A DNA stretch of 64,000 bases from Bdellovibrionales bacterium (GTDB taxonomy: Bacteria > Bdellovibrionota > Bdellovibrionia > Bdellovibrionales > UBA1609). Made by a program: the position numbers and the translations under genes. Below, in pieces: positions 40,268 to 50,355 of this stretch (positions are counted from its first letter, which is position 1; each line of letters opens with the position of its first letter). Below the pieces are notes generated by a model. It ran no database searches. It saw only the letters and a program-made list of their open reading frames with translations, and had not been told where the DNA came from. The DNA lies in the NCBI GenBank assembly GCA_965261545.1, contig CBDHDF010000011.1:640001-704000 (forward strand), written 5' to 3'.

Positions 40268-40807
40268 GTGAGTTCGTTGCAAGAGAAGTATAAAACAGAA
40301 GCTGTTTCCGTTTTGATGAAGCAGTTGGGAACCAAAAATGTCATGGAGGTTCCCAAGCTTCAAAAAGTGGTTTTGAACGTATGTATCAGTGAGGCTGTTA
40401 AAAATCCAAAGATACTCAATGTGGCGGTGGAGGAACTCACGGCCATCACAGGACAAAAGGCACAGATCACAAAAGCTAAAAAGGCCATTGCTAACTTTAA
40501 ATTGCGTGAGGGAATGCCCTTGGGGGCTGCAGTGACTTTGAGAAGACAAAAAATGTACACTTTTCTCGAAAAGCTCATCCACTTTTCTATTCCTCGTGTC
40601 AGTGACTTTAGGGGGCTTTCTCCCAAGGGCTTTGATGGTCGTGGAAATTACAATATGGGTTTGAAGGAGCAAATTGTTTTTCCCGAAATCAGCTATGATA
40701 AGGTTGATAAGGTGCGGGGATTGAATATCACTATTTGCACATCCAGTTCCACCGATGCAGGCGGAAAGGCTTTACTAGAGGCTATAGGTATGCCTTTCAA
40801 AAAGTAG
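40268..40807 (+). CDS. rplE: 50S ribosomal protein L5
   Basis: [28 protein letters not shown]. Confidence 0.99.
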   Translation: MSSLQEKYKTEAVSVLMKQLGTKNVMEVPKLQKVVLNVCISEAVKNPKILNVAVEELTAITGQKAQITKAKKAIANFKLREGMPLGAAVTLRRQKMYTFLEKLIHFSIPRVSDFRGLSPKGFDGRGNYNMGLKEQIVFPEISYDKVDKVRGLNITICTSSSTDAGGKALLEAIGMPFKK

Positions 40808-40892
40808 AAGAAAGCAGGGTGAAGTAAAGCAATCCGAGCACGTAAGAGAAAACAGGCAAAGCCAAGACATAGTAGAAACACTTAGGAGATAT

Positions 40893-41282
40893 ATGGATAC
40901 GATTGGGGACTTTTTAACGAGAATGAGAAATGCAGGTATGGCGAAGCATGACAAAGTGGATGTACCATGTTCAAATATGCGTGTGGGTATTGCAAAAGTA
41001 CTCCAAGATGCCGGTTATATTCGACAATATAAGGCAGCTAAAGACGATAAGCAGGGTGTTATGCGTGTGTATCTTCGTTATGATCAAAAGGGTCGTCATG
41101 TCATTACCGAAGTTAGTCGTGTCAGTCGCCCAGGGAAGAGAGTTTATGTGGGGGCCAACGATATTCCAAAGGTTCGCTCAGGTTACGGTATAGCTATTTT
41201 AAGTACCAATAAAGGTGTTATAAGTGGTGAGCAAGCGGTGAAAGAAAATGTAGGCGGTGAAGTTCTATGTCGAGTTTGGTAG
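40893..41282 (+). CDS. rpsH: 30S ribosomal protein S8
   Basis: DTIGDFLTRMRN, SRPGKRVY, ILSTNKG, GGEVLC. Confidence 0.99.
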   Translation: MDTIGDFLTRMRNAGMAKHDKVDVPCSNMRVGIAKVLQDAGYIRQYKAAKDDKQGVMRVYLRYDQKGRHVITEVSRVSRPGKRVYVGANDIPKVRSGYGIAILSTNKGVISGEQAVKENVGGEVLCRVW

Positions 41283-41289
41283 GTCAATA

Positions 41290-41835
41290 ATGTCGCGTAT
41301 TGGAAGAGCAACAATATTTTTTGAAAAGGATGTCAACGTCACAATAGATGGAGACAATATCGTTACAGTGAAGTCTGGTAAGCACACCCAGATGGTTCGG
41401 GTGAAACCAGAGATTAAGGTGGAAGTGGGTGAGGGACAAGTGAACTTGACTCGCTCCAATGATGATCCTCATATTCGCGCCTTTCACGGTCTCTACAGGG
41501 CCCTTATTCAAAATGCTGTGACGGGTGTATCCAAGGGTTGGTCCAAGGAGCTTGAGCTTAACGGAGTGGGTTATCGTGCTTCTGTAAAGGGTCGAATTCT
41601 AGAGTTGAACTTAGGGTATAGCCATCCTATTTCCTATGATATTCCCTTGGGGATTGATGTGAAAGTGGAGAAAAACACCAAAGTTGTGATTGGGGGTCCC
41701 AGCCGCCAACTTGTGGGTCAAGTGGCTGCTACGATTCGAGGTTTTCGTCCTCCGGAGCCCTTTCTTGGCAAGGGAGTGAAGTACAGTGATGAACACATTC
41801 GACGTAAAGCTGGTAAATCAGCCGTAAAATCATAA
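41290..41835 (+). CDS. rplF: 50S ribosomal protein L6
   Basis: MSRIG, GVGYRA, LGYSHP, RPPEPFLGKG. Confidence 0.99.
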   Translation: MSRIGRATIFFEKDVNVTIDGDNIVTVKSGKHTQMVRVKPEIKVEVGEGQVNLTRSNDDPHIRAFHGLYRALIQNAVTGVSKGWSKELELNGVGYRASVKGRILELNLGYSHPISYDIPLGIDVKVEKNTKVVIGGPSRQLVGQVAATIRGFRPPEPFLGKGVKYSDEHIRRKAGKSAVKS

Positions 41836-41875
41836 AGTGGGAGATTGAAGTTATAAATCGGAATTGGAGTTTAAA

Positions 41876-42253
41876 ATGAGATTAAAATTTAGTAAGCAAG
41901 CCAGCTTGCGATTAAAGAGTCGGCTAAAAAATAAGGTTCGTGTGCGAAAGAAGATCGCTGGTACAGCGCAAAGACCTCGTCTCGCTGTTTTTAGGAGTTG
42001 TCGACATATCTACGCTCAGTTGGTGGTGGACACAGAGGCCAAAGTGCTAACTTCGGCATCGACTCTTGAGAAAAATGTCCCCACAGGTTCGAGCAGTTCT
42101 GTGGATGCTGCCAAGTGGGTGGGACAAGAACTTGGTAAAAGAGCCCAGGAGAAGAGCATTAAGAATATTGTTTTTGATCGCAGCGGTTATGTTTTTCACG
42201 GTCGAGTGAAAGCTGTGGCCGAAGGAGCGCGTGAGTCAGGTTTAAATTTTTAA
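41876..42253 (+). CDS. rplR: 50S ribosomal protein L18
   Basis: RPRLAVFRS, VFDRSGYVFHGRVKA. Confidence 0.98.
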   Translation: MRLKFSKQASLRLKSRLKNKVRVRKKIAGTAQRPRLAVFRSCRHIYAQLVVDTEAKVLTSASTLEKNVPTGSSSSVDAAKWVGQELGKRAQEKSIKNIVFDRSGYVFHGRVKAVAEGARESGLNF

Positions 42254-42400
42254 GTTTGTGGAAGCATGAGTTTGTAGAGTTAAATTTGCAGAGTTAGAAA
42301 AAAAAGATATAGCCTCCCGTGAGCCTCCGTGGAGGTATAAGTTCACAGAGGTGCTAAATCCATCTCTCCCGTGAAGGCACCTAGGCATTAGGAGAAGTCA

Positions 42401-42868
42401 GTGGAAAAAAAGCAAGAAGAAGTTCAAGAGAGAGTTGTTGCTATCAATCGAGTGGCTAAAGTGGTTAAGGGAGGGCGTCGCTTTTCTTTTTCCGCTCTTG
42501 TTGTTGTTGGAAGTGGCTTGGGAGAGGTTGGCTTTGGATCAGGTAAAGCAGGTGAAGTGCCAGAGGCCATTAACAAGGCCAGTCGTATTGCTAAAAAGTC
42601 CATGCGCAAATTTTTATTAAAAGAGGGGCGAACGATTCCCCATGAGGTGGTTGGTAAATTTGGAGCGGCCCGTGTGATTTTGATTCCTGCGGCCCCCGGG
42701 ACAGGGGTCATTGCTGGGGGGCCTGTGCGTGCTGTTTTGGAAAGTGCGGGGGTGAAAGATATTCTTACCAAGTGTGTGGGCACTCGGAATCCCCACAGCG
42801 CTGTGAGGGCGACTCTTGAGGGGCTAGGACAACTTGTTGACTCTCGTCCTTCAAAGTTTGAGGGTTAA
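42401..42868 (+). CDS. rpsE: 30S ribosomal protein S5
   Basis: [24 protein letters not shown]. Confidence 0.99.
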   Translation: MEKKQEEVQERVVAINRVAKVVKGGRRFSFSALVVVGSGLGEVGFGSGKAGEVPEAINKASRIAKKSMRKFLLKEGRTIPHEVVGKFGAARVILIPAAPGTGVIAGGPVRAVLESAGVKDILTKCVGTRNPHSAVRATLEGLGQLVDSRPSKFEG

Positions 42869-42869
42869 G

Positions 42870-42912
42870 ACCAAAGAACTAAAGAACCAAAGAACTAAAG
42901 AACTAAGAATTT
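42870..42912. repeat. 8-bp microsatellite-like repeat (acYaaaga)n between rpsE and rpmD
   Basis: accaaaga actaaaga accaaaga actaaaga actaaga. Confidence 0.85.
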
Positions 42913-42954
42913 AAGGAGCTAAAGAAAGCTTCAAAAAGACGAGGTGTAAAGAAA

Positions 42955-43140
42955 GTGGCCAAAGAATTTAAAGTGAAGCAAGTGAGGAGCACTATTGGCA
43001 AAACGAGAAAGCAAAAAGAGGCCATTCGTTGCCTCGGTCTTCGTGGAATTGGCAAGGAAGTTATTGTCAAAGATAATCCAGCCCAAAGGGGGCAAATATT
43101 AAAGGTGCAGCACCTTGTATCTGTAACACCCATTCACTGA
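42955..43140 (+). CDS. rpmD: 50S ribosomal protein L30
   Basis: VRSTIG, LGLR, RGQI.KV.HLV. Confidence 0.96.
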   Translation: MAKEFKVKQVRSTIGKTRKQKEAIRCLGLRGIGKEVIVKDNPAQRGQILKVQHLVSVTPIH

Positions 43141-43185
43141 ATGGGTTGAATGGATGATTTATGATTGAATTGATGGAGGATAAAG

Positions 43186-43632
43186 ATGAGTTTATTAAGT
43201 GAGCTAAAGTCCCAAAAGGGTTCCACTCACTCCAAGCGTCGAGTGGGTCGAGGTCCAGCCTCAGGTTGGGGTGGGACATCAGGCAAAGGGCATAAAGGTC
43301 AGAAGGCGAGAGCGGGTGCACCTATTCGTCGTGGATTTGAAGGTGGACAAACTCCCTTACATATTCGCTTGCCCAAGTTTGGTTTTACTAACAATCGCTT
43401 TAGAAAGACCTATGAAATTGTCAACCTAGAGCAGTTAAGCCAACTGGATGTTGGTGGAGAGATCACTCCTGAAGTTTTAAAGGAAAAGGGTTTGATTCAT
43501 CATACATCAGCTATTAAAATACTGGGGCGTGGAGAAGTAACAAAGCCTCTGCATATCAAGGCTCACAAGTGGAGCCAGTCAGCTCAAAGAGCTATTGAAG
43601 CTGCTGGTGGAAAGGTTGAGGCTGTTCAGTGA
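43186..43632 (+). CDS. rplO: 50S ribosomal protein L15
   Basis: RVGRG, GHKGQKAR, GFEGGQTPL..RLPKFGF. Confidence 0.99.
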   Translation: MSLLSELKSQKGSTHSKRRVGRGPASGWGGTSGKGHKGQKARAGAPIRRGFEGGQTPLHIRLPKFGFTNNRFRKTYEIVNLEQLSQLDVGGEITPEVLKEKGLIHHTSAIKILGRGEVTKPLHIKAHKWSQSAQRAIEAAGGKVEAVQ

Positions 43633-44948
43633 GTGTATCTGAGAACCTTACCGTTCCTCGCGAGCTACAAAAGAGGATATTGTTTACCTTGGCGATGTTG
43701 GCTATTTATCGCATGGGTATTGCTGTGCCCACTCCTGGTGTGGATGCTGAAGCTATGATGGCTTTTTCTAAGTCTCAAGGAGCGGGGCTATTTGGTATTT
43801 TCAACACTTTTACAGGAGGTGCTCTTGAGCGGTTCAGTGTCTTTGCCCTTGGAATTATGCCTTACATTTCAGCCTCCATTATTTTTCAGCTCTTGCAATC
43901 AGCCGTTCCAAGCCTTCAAGCTTTAAAAAAAGAGGGAGAGCAAGGAAGAAAGAAAATTAGCCAATACACCCGTTATGCCACAGTTCTTTTGGCGGCGGTT
44001 CAGGGCTATGCCATGGCCAGTTTACTCATCAAAACCAGTCAAGCGGGTCAGCCCATTGTCTCCCACCCTATGTTTGGTTTTGTGCCTTTTGAAGTGTTAA
44101 CCGTTGTGACTTTGACGGCGGGAACCTGTTTCATCATGTGGTTGGGGGAGCAGATCACAGAAAGGGGAGTGGGCAATGGGGCGAGCCTTATTATTTTCGC
44201 AGGTATTGCTTCAAGCATTCCCAGTGGGGCGACAGCTCTTTTTCAGAGTGTGTCCAATGGTCATGTGAGTGGGGTTTTAGCTCTTGTTATCATTGCGGGC
44301 TGTCTTTTATCTGTGGCTGGCATCGTGTTTATGGAGGTGGCTCAGCGCCGGATTCCCATTCAATACTCTCAAAAGGGAACTGGTCGTCAAGCTATGCAGC
44401 AGAAAGTAAGTCATTTGCCTTTAAAAATTAATTTTGCCAATGTTATTCCTCCTATTTTTGCCAGCAGCTTATTGGCATTTCCCGCAACAATGGTCAGCTT
44501 TTTTGATACTCCTTGGCTCAATCAAATGGCCAACCAGTTTACTCCCACAGGGGCTATCTACAATGTTGTTTTTATTGTTTTGGTTGTGTTTTTCTGTTTC
44601 TTTTATACAGAAATTGTTTTTAACCCCATGGAGGTGGCAGACAATTTAAAAAAATATGGAGGTTTTATTCCCGGTATTCGCGCTGGAAAAAGCACGGCTG
44701 AGTATATTAAGAGAGTGCTGGACCGTCTTACTGTGACGGGATCTATTTATTTGAGTTTTATTTGTATTGCTCCCACCTTGCTGGTGAGCAAGCTCAGTCT
44801 CCCCTTTGGCTTTAGTGGTACAAGTCTTTTAATCCTTGTGGGAGTGGCTTTGGATACGAGCCAACAGATTCAATCTCACATGTTAACCGCTAAATACGAT
44901 GGGGTCATGAAGGGTGTAAAAATGAAGCGACGGAGGGTTAGTTATTGA
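43629..44948 (+). CDS. secY: Preprotein translocase SecY
   Basis: LGIMPYISASII, WLGEQIT.RGVGNG, FIPGIRAG, GTSLLILVGVAL. Confidence 0.99.
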   Translation: MSVSENLTVPRELQKRILFTLAMLAIYRMGIAVPTPGVDAEAMMAFSKSQGAGLFGIFNTFTGGALERFSVFALGIMPYISASIIFQLLQSAVPSLQALKKEGEQGRKKISQYTRYATVLLAAVQGYAMASLLIKTSQAGQPIVSHPMFGFVPFEVLTVVTLTAGTCFIMWLGEQITERGVGNGASLIIFAGIASSIPSGATALFQSVSNGHVSGVLALVIIAGCLLSVAGIVFMEVAQRRIPIQYSQKGTGRQAMQQKVSHLPLKINFANVIPPIFASSLLAFPATMVSFFDTPWLNQMANQFTPTGAIYNVVFIVLVVFFCFFYTEIVFNPMEVADNLKKYGGFIPGIRAGKSTAEYIKRVLDRLTVTGSIYLSFICIAPTLLVSKLSLPFGFSGTSLLILVGVALDTSQQIQSHMLTAKYDGVMKGVKMKRRRVSY

Positions 44949-45589
44949 TGAATATACTCTTATTTGGTCCTCCCGGTGCAGGTAAGGGGACTCAGTCCAC
45001 TTTGTTTGTTCAAAGATATGGAGTCAAGCATATTAGCACAGGGATGTTGTTTAGGCAGGCCATTGATTCAAAGACTTCACTGGGTCTCAGGGCCCAAGGC
45101 TATATGCGTCAAGGTGATCTTGTCCCCGACGCCATTGTCATTGATATGCTCAAGGATGCCTTGTACTCTCTCAAGGGACAGAGTTTTGTTTTGGATGGTT
45201 TTCCAAGAACGGTGGTGCAGGCTAAGTCCCTGGAGCAGCAGCTTCTCAACCTTGACTTGGATTTGGGAAGGGCTATTTTTTTGGATGTCCCTGAGGGTTT
45301 TCTAATGCGTCGTATTCTTGGTCGCCGTATTTGTCGAGATTGTGGTTTCAATTATCATATAGAGTCTTTTCCTCCCAAAAAAGAAGGCCAATGTGACCAC
45401 TGTGGGGGAGAGGTGACTCAGAGGGCTGATGACTGTGAAAGTGCTATTAGAAAAAGGCTTGAGATTTACAGGGAGTCCACAACGCCACTCATGAAGTATT
45501 TTGAAGAAAAGGAGAAGTTAGTATCTTTGGATGGAACGGGTTCAGCGGAAGATGTTTTTGGGCGAATTGTGAATGAGTTGAAAATGTAG
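44945..45589 (+). CDS. adk: Adenylate kinase (Zn-lid type)
   Basis: GPPGAGKGTQ, LDGFPRT, CRDC...CDHC lid, QRADD. Confidence 0.98.
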   Translation: MMNILLFGPPGAGKGTQSTLFVQRYGVKHISTGMLFRQAIDSKTSLGLRAQGYMRQGDLVPDAIVIDMLKDALYSLKGQSFVLDGFPRTVVQAKSLEQQLLNLDLDLGRAIFLDVPEGFLMRRILGRRICRDCGFNYHIESFPPKKEGQCDHCGGEVTQRADDCESAIRKRLEIYRESTTPLMKYFEEKEKLVSLDGTGSAEDVFGRIVNELKM

Positions 45590-45759
45590 TTGGAAGAACT
45601 TCAGAGCAGGGTTATGCTGGACAGGCCATATAAGACATGTTACAAGGCTTGCTAACTGTGCTCCTAGTATTTATTTATTGTCATGTTGATGGCTGCCCAT
45701 GTTATGGTATTCCATACTTATTGGCTCCATTTTTATTTGGCTTTACTGAGAGGTGTGTT

Positions 45760-45873
45760 GTGAAAGTTAGGGCTTCTGTCAAAGTGATGTGTCCAAAGTG
45801 TAAGGTGATTAAAAGGCGAGGTGTGATTCGTGTTATTTGTGAAAACCCCAAGCATAAACAAAGGCAAGGTTAG
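45760..45873 (+). CDS. rpmJ: 50S ribosomal protein L36
   Basis: GTG start: [37 protein letters not shown]. Confidence 0.98.
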   Translation: MKVRASVKVMCPKCKVIKRRGVIRVICENPKHKQRQG

Positions 45874-45875
45874 AT

Positions 45876-46250
45876 ATGGCGCGTATTGGTGGTGTGGATT
45901 TACCTCGTAAGAAGAGGTTAGAGGTTGCATTGACTTATGTTTTTGGCATAGGTAGGGCGCGTGCTAAAGAAATTTGTAAGCTCACAGGTTTAGGAGATAA
46001 GATTCGTGCAGATGAACTCACGGAAGATCAAGTTGTCCAGCTTCGTTCGGTGATTGAAAGCAACTACAAAGTTGAAGGTGATTTAAGGCGTGATGTGGGG
46101 CTGTCTATAAAACGTCTCATGGACCTAGGGTGTTACAGAGGCATAAGACATCGAAGGGGACTCCCTGTCCGGGGGCAAAGCACCCGTCAGAATGCTCGCA
46201 CCCGTAAGGGTCCTAAGAAGACGGTGGCAAATAAGAAAAAGGCTGTTTAA
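45876..46250 (+). CDS. rpsM: 30S ribosomal protein S13
   Basis: [25 protein letters not shown]. Confidence 0.99.
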   Translation: MARIGGVDLPRKKRLEVALTYVFGIGRARAKEICKLTGLGDKIRADELTEDQVVQLRSVIESNYKVEGDLRRDVGLSIKRLMDLGCYRGIRHRRGLPVRGQSTRQNARTRKGPKKTVANKKKAV

Positions 46251-46378
46251 AGTTTAAATGACATAAAAACTTAGAAGTCTTTTTTTAAAGGATTTGTTAG
46301 AAATTATTAGAGATTATTCGAAATCGTTGAGAATTATATCATTGGGAATTATTAAGAATCTATTAGGAATCTAAAGGT

Positions 46379-46765
46379 ATGGCAGTTCGAAAGAGTGTTA
46401 AGAAAAAAGTAAAAAAAAATGTTTCTTCCGGTCGGTGTTATGTTGAAGCTGGTTTTGGAAACACCATTGTCTCCATAACAGATGGTGGAGGCAATGTTCT
46501 GTGTTGGTCATCAGCGGGGGCCTTGGGTTTTAAGGGAAGCCGCAAGGAAACTCCCTTTGCAGCACAAATGGCAGCTGAGGATGCGGCTAAGAAGGCTTTG
46601 GGTTTTGGTATGAAGTCAGTGGAATTATTTTTGACAGGCCCAGGGGCCGGACGTGAGCCAGCAGTTCGAGCTATTTCCAATGCAGGTATTCGTGTGGTGT
46701 CTTTAAGAGACGTGACCCCTGTTCCCCATAATGGTTGTCGCCCCCCTAAGAGACGTCGAGTTTAG
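46379..46765 (+). CDS. rpsK: 30S ribosomal protein S11
   Basis: [31 protein letters not shown]. Confidence 0.99.
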   Translation: MAVRKSVKKKVKKNVSSGRCYVEAGFGNTIVSITDGGGNVLCWSSAGALGFKGSRKETPFAAQMAAEDAAKKALGFGMKSVELFLTGPGAGREPAVRAISNAGIRVVSLRDVTPVPHNGCRPPKRRRV

Positions 46766-46818
46766 TTTAGAATCTTATTATTTATTTATTCATTCATTCA
46801 TTATTTTGGAGGAACCCC

Positions 46819-47955
46819 ATGCAGCAGCATTATTACAAATTTTGGCACGATCTTATTCGTCCGAAAAGTTTTGAAGTTGATACAGACAATCTTACGGATC
46901 AATACGGTAAGTTCTCGGTTCGTCCTCTTGAGAGGGGCTATGGTGTGACACTGGGAAATTCCCTTCGTCGAATTCTTTTGAGTTCAATGATGGGATCAGC
47001 TGTTTCAGCAGTGAAATTTGAGGGAGTGCTCCATGAGTTTAGCACGATCTCTGAGGTTCTTGAGGATGTCTCAGATATTGTTTTAAACTTAAAAGAGGTT
47101 CGCTTTAAGCAATATGACTCTGAGCCTAAAAATCTATTCATTAGAAAAAAGGGGCCTGGGGTTGTGACCGCAGCAGATATTCAAGTCAACGACCAAATCG
47201 AGGTGCTTAATCCCAGTCAGCATATTGCAACTTTGGGTAAAAAGGCGAATTTTGAGGCTGAGATCGTTGTGAGTTTTAAGCGTGGATATGTGGAGGCCAG
47301 TGAGGGGAGTTTTCCCATAGGTTTTGTTGCTATGGATGCTTTTCATAGTCCTGTTCGGCGTGTGAATTACAATATTGCCAATGCCCGTGTGGGTCAGAGA
47401 ACAGACTATGATGCTTTGAGCTTAGAGGTTTGGACAGATGGATCTTTGAAACCTGAAGAAGCTGTTTCTCTCGGTTCCAAAATTCTTAAAGAGCAGCTTC
47501 AGATTTTTGTAACATTTGATGAAAGTCTTGGACCTGAAGAAGTCAAGGAAGTTGCACAAAGCACTCAATTGGATGAAAATCTATTTCGCTCTGTGGATGA
47601 CCTTGAACTCTCTGTGCGTAGTGCCAACTGCCTCAAGAATGCCAATATTCGCTATATTGGTGAGTTGGTTTGTCGTTCAGAAGCTGAGATGTTAAAAACA
47701 AAGAACTTTGGTCGTAAGTCCCTCAATGAAATCAAAGAGATTCTTGTGACCATTGGACTGGATTTAGGAATGGCTATTGAAGGGTGGCCTCCCCCTGGAT
47801 GGGATCCAAATACAGTGAAGCCGCCGGCTTCCTCTCCCCTCGGTGGGGGGGGGGCGACAGTGATGGTATCCATGGGAGAAGTTTCTAACACAACATCAGA
47901 AACCTCCTCAGTGGGTGATAGCGGTAGCTTTGGAGCCACTCAAGATGGGAGATAG
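46819..47955 (+). CDS. rpoA: RNA polymerase alpha subunit with Ser/Gly-rich C-terminal extension
   Basis: [51 protein letters not shown]. Confidence 0.99.
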   Translation: MQQHYYKFWHDLIRPKSFEVDTDNLTDQYGKFSVRPLERGYGVTLGNSLRRILLSSMMGSAVSAVKFEGVLHEFSTISEVLEDVSDIVLNLKEVRFKQYDSEPKNLFIRKKGPGVVTAADIQVNDQIEVLNPSQHIATLGKKANFEAEIVVSFKRGYVEASEGSFPIGFVAMDAFHSPVRRVNYNIANARVGQRTDYDALSLEVWTDGSLKPEEAVSLGSKILKEQLQIFVTFDESLGPEEVKEVAQSTQLDENLFRSVDDLELSVRSANCLKNANIRYIGELVCRSEAEMLKTKNFGRKSLNEIKEILVTIGLDLGMAIEGWPPPGWDPNTVKPPASSPLGGGGATVMVSMGEVSNTTSETSSVGDSGSFGATQDGR

Positions 47956-47961
47956 ACGGGA

Positions 47962-48468
47962 ATGAGACATCGTGTCAATAACCAAGGTTTTGGGCGTAAG
48001 CCTGGCCCCAAGAAGGCCCTTGTTAGAGGGCTTGTCAGTTCGCTTGTGGAGCATGAGCGTATACGGACGACACTCACCAAGGCTAAGTATATTCGCCCTT
48101 TGGTGGAGAAGGCCATTACACTTGGTCAAAGGGAAAACAGTCTTCATGCGCGTCGCTTGCTTTTGTCCAAGTATCCAAATAAAGATACTGTTCACCGCAT
48201 TATGACGGATATTGCCCCCCGATTTCGAAATCGTCCAGGTGGCTACACTCGTATCATCAAGCTGGGGCCTCGTCCAGGAGATATGGCCGATATGGCCTAT
48301 ATTGAGTTTGTGGATTACGCTTTGCCTCCTTTGAAAGACGAGGAAACGGTGGATCCTGAAGAGGAAAAACAAAAAACTCAGTTGATGAAACTTTTGGCTT
48401 CCCGTAAGGAAGCTCACAAAAAGTCCCGCCGTCAAATACAAAGTAAATCTCGACGCATCAATAGGTAG
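47962..48468 (+). CDS. rplQ: 50S ribosomal protein L17
   Basis: MRHR, HERIRTT, RPGGYTRIIK. Confidence 0.98.
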   Translation: MRHRVNNQGFGRKPGPKKALVRGLVSSLVEHERIRTTLTKAKYIRPLVEKAITLGQRENSLHARRLLLSKYPNKDTVHRIMTDIAPRFRNRPGGYTRIIKLGPRPGDMADMAYIEFVDYALPPLKDEETVDPEEEKQKTQLMKLLASRKEAHKKSRRQIQSKSRRINR

Positions 48469-48538
48469 TTTTCATCGTATTTCTTTGTATCTGCCTATTT
48501 TTTGTTATCATCTCAAACAAGTCTCATATAAAGCCACT

Positions 48539-48579
48539 GAGGGAACTTATCTATAGATTTTAGGTGGTTAAACTCCCTC
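48539..48579 (+). terminator. Imperfect hairpin after the ribosomal cluster
   Basis: gagggaacttatcta...taggtggttaaactccctc. Confidence 0.35.
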
Positions 48580-48636
48580 TATGAATGTCTAAAGGGATCA
48601 TTATGTAAAAAAAATGTCTATTTTGTGAATTTTTAC

Positions 48637-48663
48637 TAAACATTGTCAAATTATTGGCGATAA
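48637..48663 (+). promoter_or_regulatory. sigma28 (FliA)-type promoter upstream of the sigma54 activator
   Basis: TAAA-N15-GGCGATAA; consensus TAAA-N15-GCCGATAA, one mismatch. Confidence 0.6.
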
Positions 48664-48733
48664 ATAAATTATCATCACTTTATATGAACTTTTTTTTAAT
48701 GATGAAGGTGTGTGAAAGTAAAAGGAGTGCATT

Positions 48734-50314
48734 ATGATTAATTGGGATGAGTTTGAACATATACATGTCATTCAAAAGTTGAAACATATTTTAAGCTCTT
48801 GGTGGAATGTGGATTTGGTTTTTACCGATGAATATGGTCAAATACGGGGGACCAATTTGCAGGATCAAAGTCAGATGCGTGGAATGAAAATTCAGGAGTC
48901 TGACTTAAGTAACCCCGCCATTCGATATTTTCTGGCCAAGGAAAATGTGCGAAAGAGTCTGGCAGAAGCTATATCCCAATCTATTGATGATTTGAAAGTA
49001 TCAGGAAATCGCTACATTGTTCGCAAGTGGGACACTTCTGGATTTGACATTGTTGTCGTTCCCATTTTGATTGACAATGATTTTATGGGTTCTGTGGTGG
49101 CCTTAGGTTTTCTCAAAGAAGAGGGTCCATCCCGACTGCAAGAGATTCAAGAGCGTCTTGCCTTATTGGGGGCAAGTCCTGATGTGATTGAGAAGTCCCT
49201 TTTAAAGATTAACTATATTAATGACCAAGATCGACAACATTTTCTAGAACTCATTGAGCTTGTGGCTCAAGAGGTTGTGGTGTTGCATCTGGAAATTACG
49301 GCGCGCGAAGATCGTATTAAGGAGCTCAATAAGGAACTTGGAAGTCGCTACAAATACGACAATATGATTGGTAAGTCTAAGCCCATGCAAACTCTCTACT
49401 CACTACTTGATAAAATTAAAGGGGCTGAGAGTACGGTGCTTATTCAAGGTGATAATGGAACAGGTAAAGAACTTATCGCCAAGGCCATTCACTACAACTC
49501 TTCTAGAAAAGATAAGCAAATTGTGATTCAAAACTGCTCGGCTTTTAATGATAACTTGTTGGAGTCCGAGCTTTTCGGTCACGTTAAAGGGTCTTTTACT
49601 GGAGCCGTGAGAGATAAAAAGGGCTTATTTGAAATTGCCAACAATAGTACATTTTTCTTAGATGAGATTGGGGACACTTCGCCGATCATGCAAGTGAAGC
49701 TTCTGAGGGTTTTGCAGGAGGGAACTTTTACACCTGTGGGTGGTCTTGAAATGAGAAAAGTCAATGTTCGTATCATTGTGGCGACAAATAAGAATCTTCG
49801 AGAAATGGTGAAAGTGGGAAGTTTTCGTGAAGATTTGTACTATCGACTCAATGTTATCAATATCTATGTCCCCTCTCTCAAAGAGAGAAAAGAGGACATT
49901 CCCCTACTGGCTGAGTATTTTCTTAACGCGGCCCAAGAGGGAGAAGAGAAGAAGGTTCTTACAAAAAGAGCTTTGGAGAAACTCTATGACTATGCTTGGC
50001 CAGGCAATGTGCGTGAGTTGCAAAATGAAATGGAGCGCCTGTTGGTTCTTTCTGGTGCTGAGAATAAGATTACAGCAGATATGCTTTCACCTAAGATATT
50101 GGATTCCACCGAAGATGCTAAAATTCAGGGGTCTCGGACTCATGGAAGATTGAAGGATGCCTTGGAAGAGCTAGAGCGAGAAATGATTCAAGAAGGCTTG
50201 AGAAGAACGGGGTGGAACAAGTCGAAGTTGGCCAAAGAGCTGGGGATTAGCCGAGCGGGTCTTATCATGAAGGTTGAAAAATACGATTTGGACAAGCGTA
50301 AACTCATTAAATAA
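48734..50314 (+). CDS. sigma54-dependent enhancer-binding protein with PocR-like sensor and Fis HTH
   Basis: GDNGTGKE, ESELFGHVKGSFTGA, FLDEIG, FREDLYYRL, WPGNVREL, C-terminal HTH. Confidence 0.94.
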   Translation: MINWDEFEHIHVIQKLKHILSSWWNVDLVFTDEYGQIRGTNLQDQSQMRGMKIQESDLSNPAIRYFLAKENVRKSLAEAISQSIDDLKVSGNRYIVRKWDTSGFDIVVVPILIDNDFMGSVVALGFLKEEGPSRLQEIQERLALLGASPDVIEKSLLKINYINDQDRQHFLELIELVAQEVVVLHLEITAREDRIKELNKELGSRYKYDNMIGKSKPMQTLYSLLDKIKGAESTVLIQGDNGTGKELIAKAIHYNSSRKDKQIVIQNCSAFNDNLLESELFGHVKGSFTGAVRDKKGLFEIANNSTFFLDEIGDTSPIMQVKLLRVLQEGTFTPVGGLEMRKVNVRIIVATNKNLREMVKVGSFREDLYYRLNVINIYVPSLKERKEDIPLLAEYFLNAAQEGEEKKVLTKRALEKLYDYAWPGNVRELQNEMERLLVLSGAENKITADMLSPKILDSTEDAKIQGSRTHGRLKDALEELEREMIQEGLRRTGWNKSKLAKELGISRAGLIMKVEKYDLDKRKLIK

Positions 50315-50355
50315 AATGGTGTTGTTTCAGAGGTCAATCCAGCTGATAGGCCGTT

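Noticed and set aside
40808..40886. Basic peptide SKAIRARKRKQAKPRHSRNT as an rpsN vestige
   Set aside because: No start codon and no Cys or other S14 motif; purine-rich spacers give K/R-rich translations by chance.
45637..45759. Hydrophobic N-terminal extension of L36 in the ORF track
   Set aside because: Canonical L36 starts at GTG 45760 after a GAGG SD.
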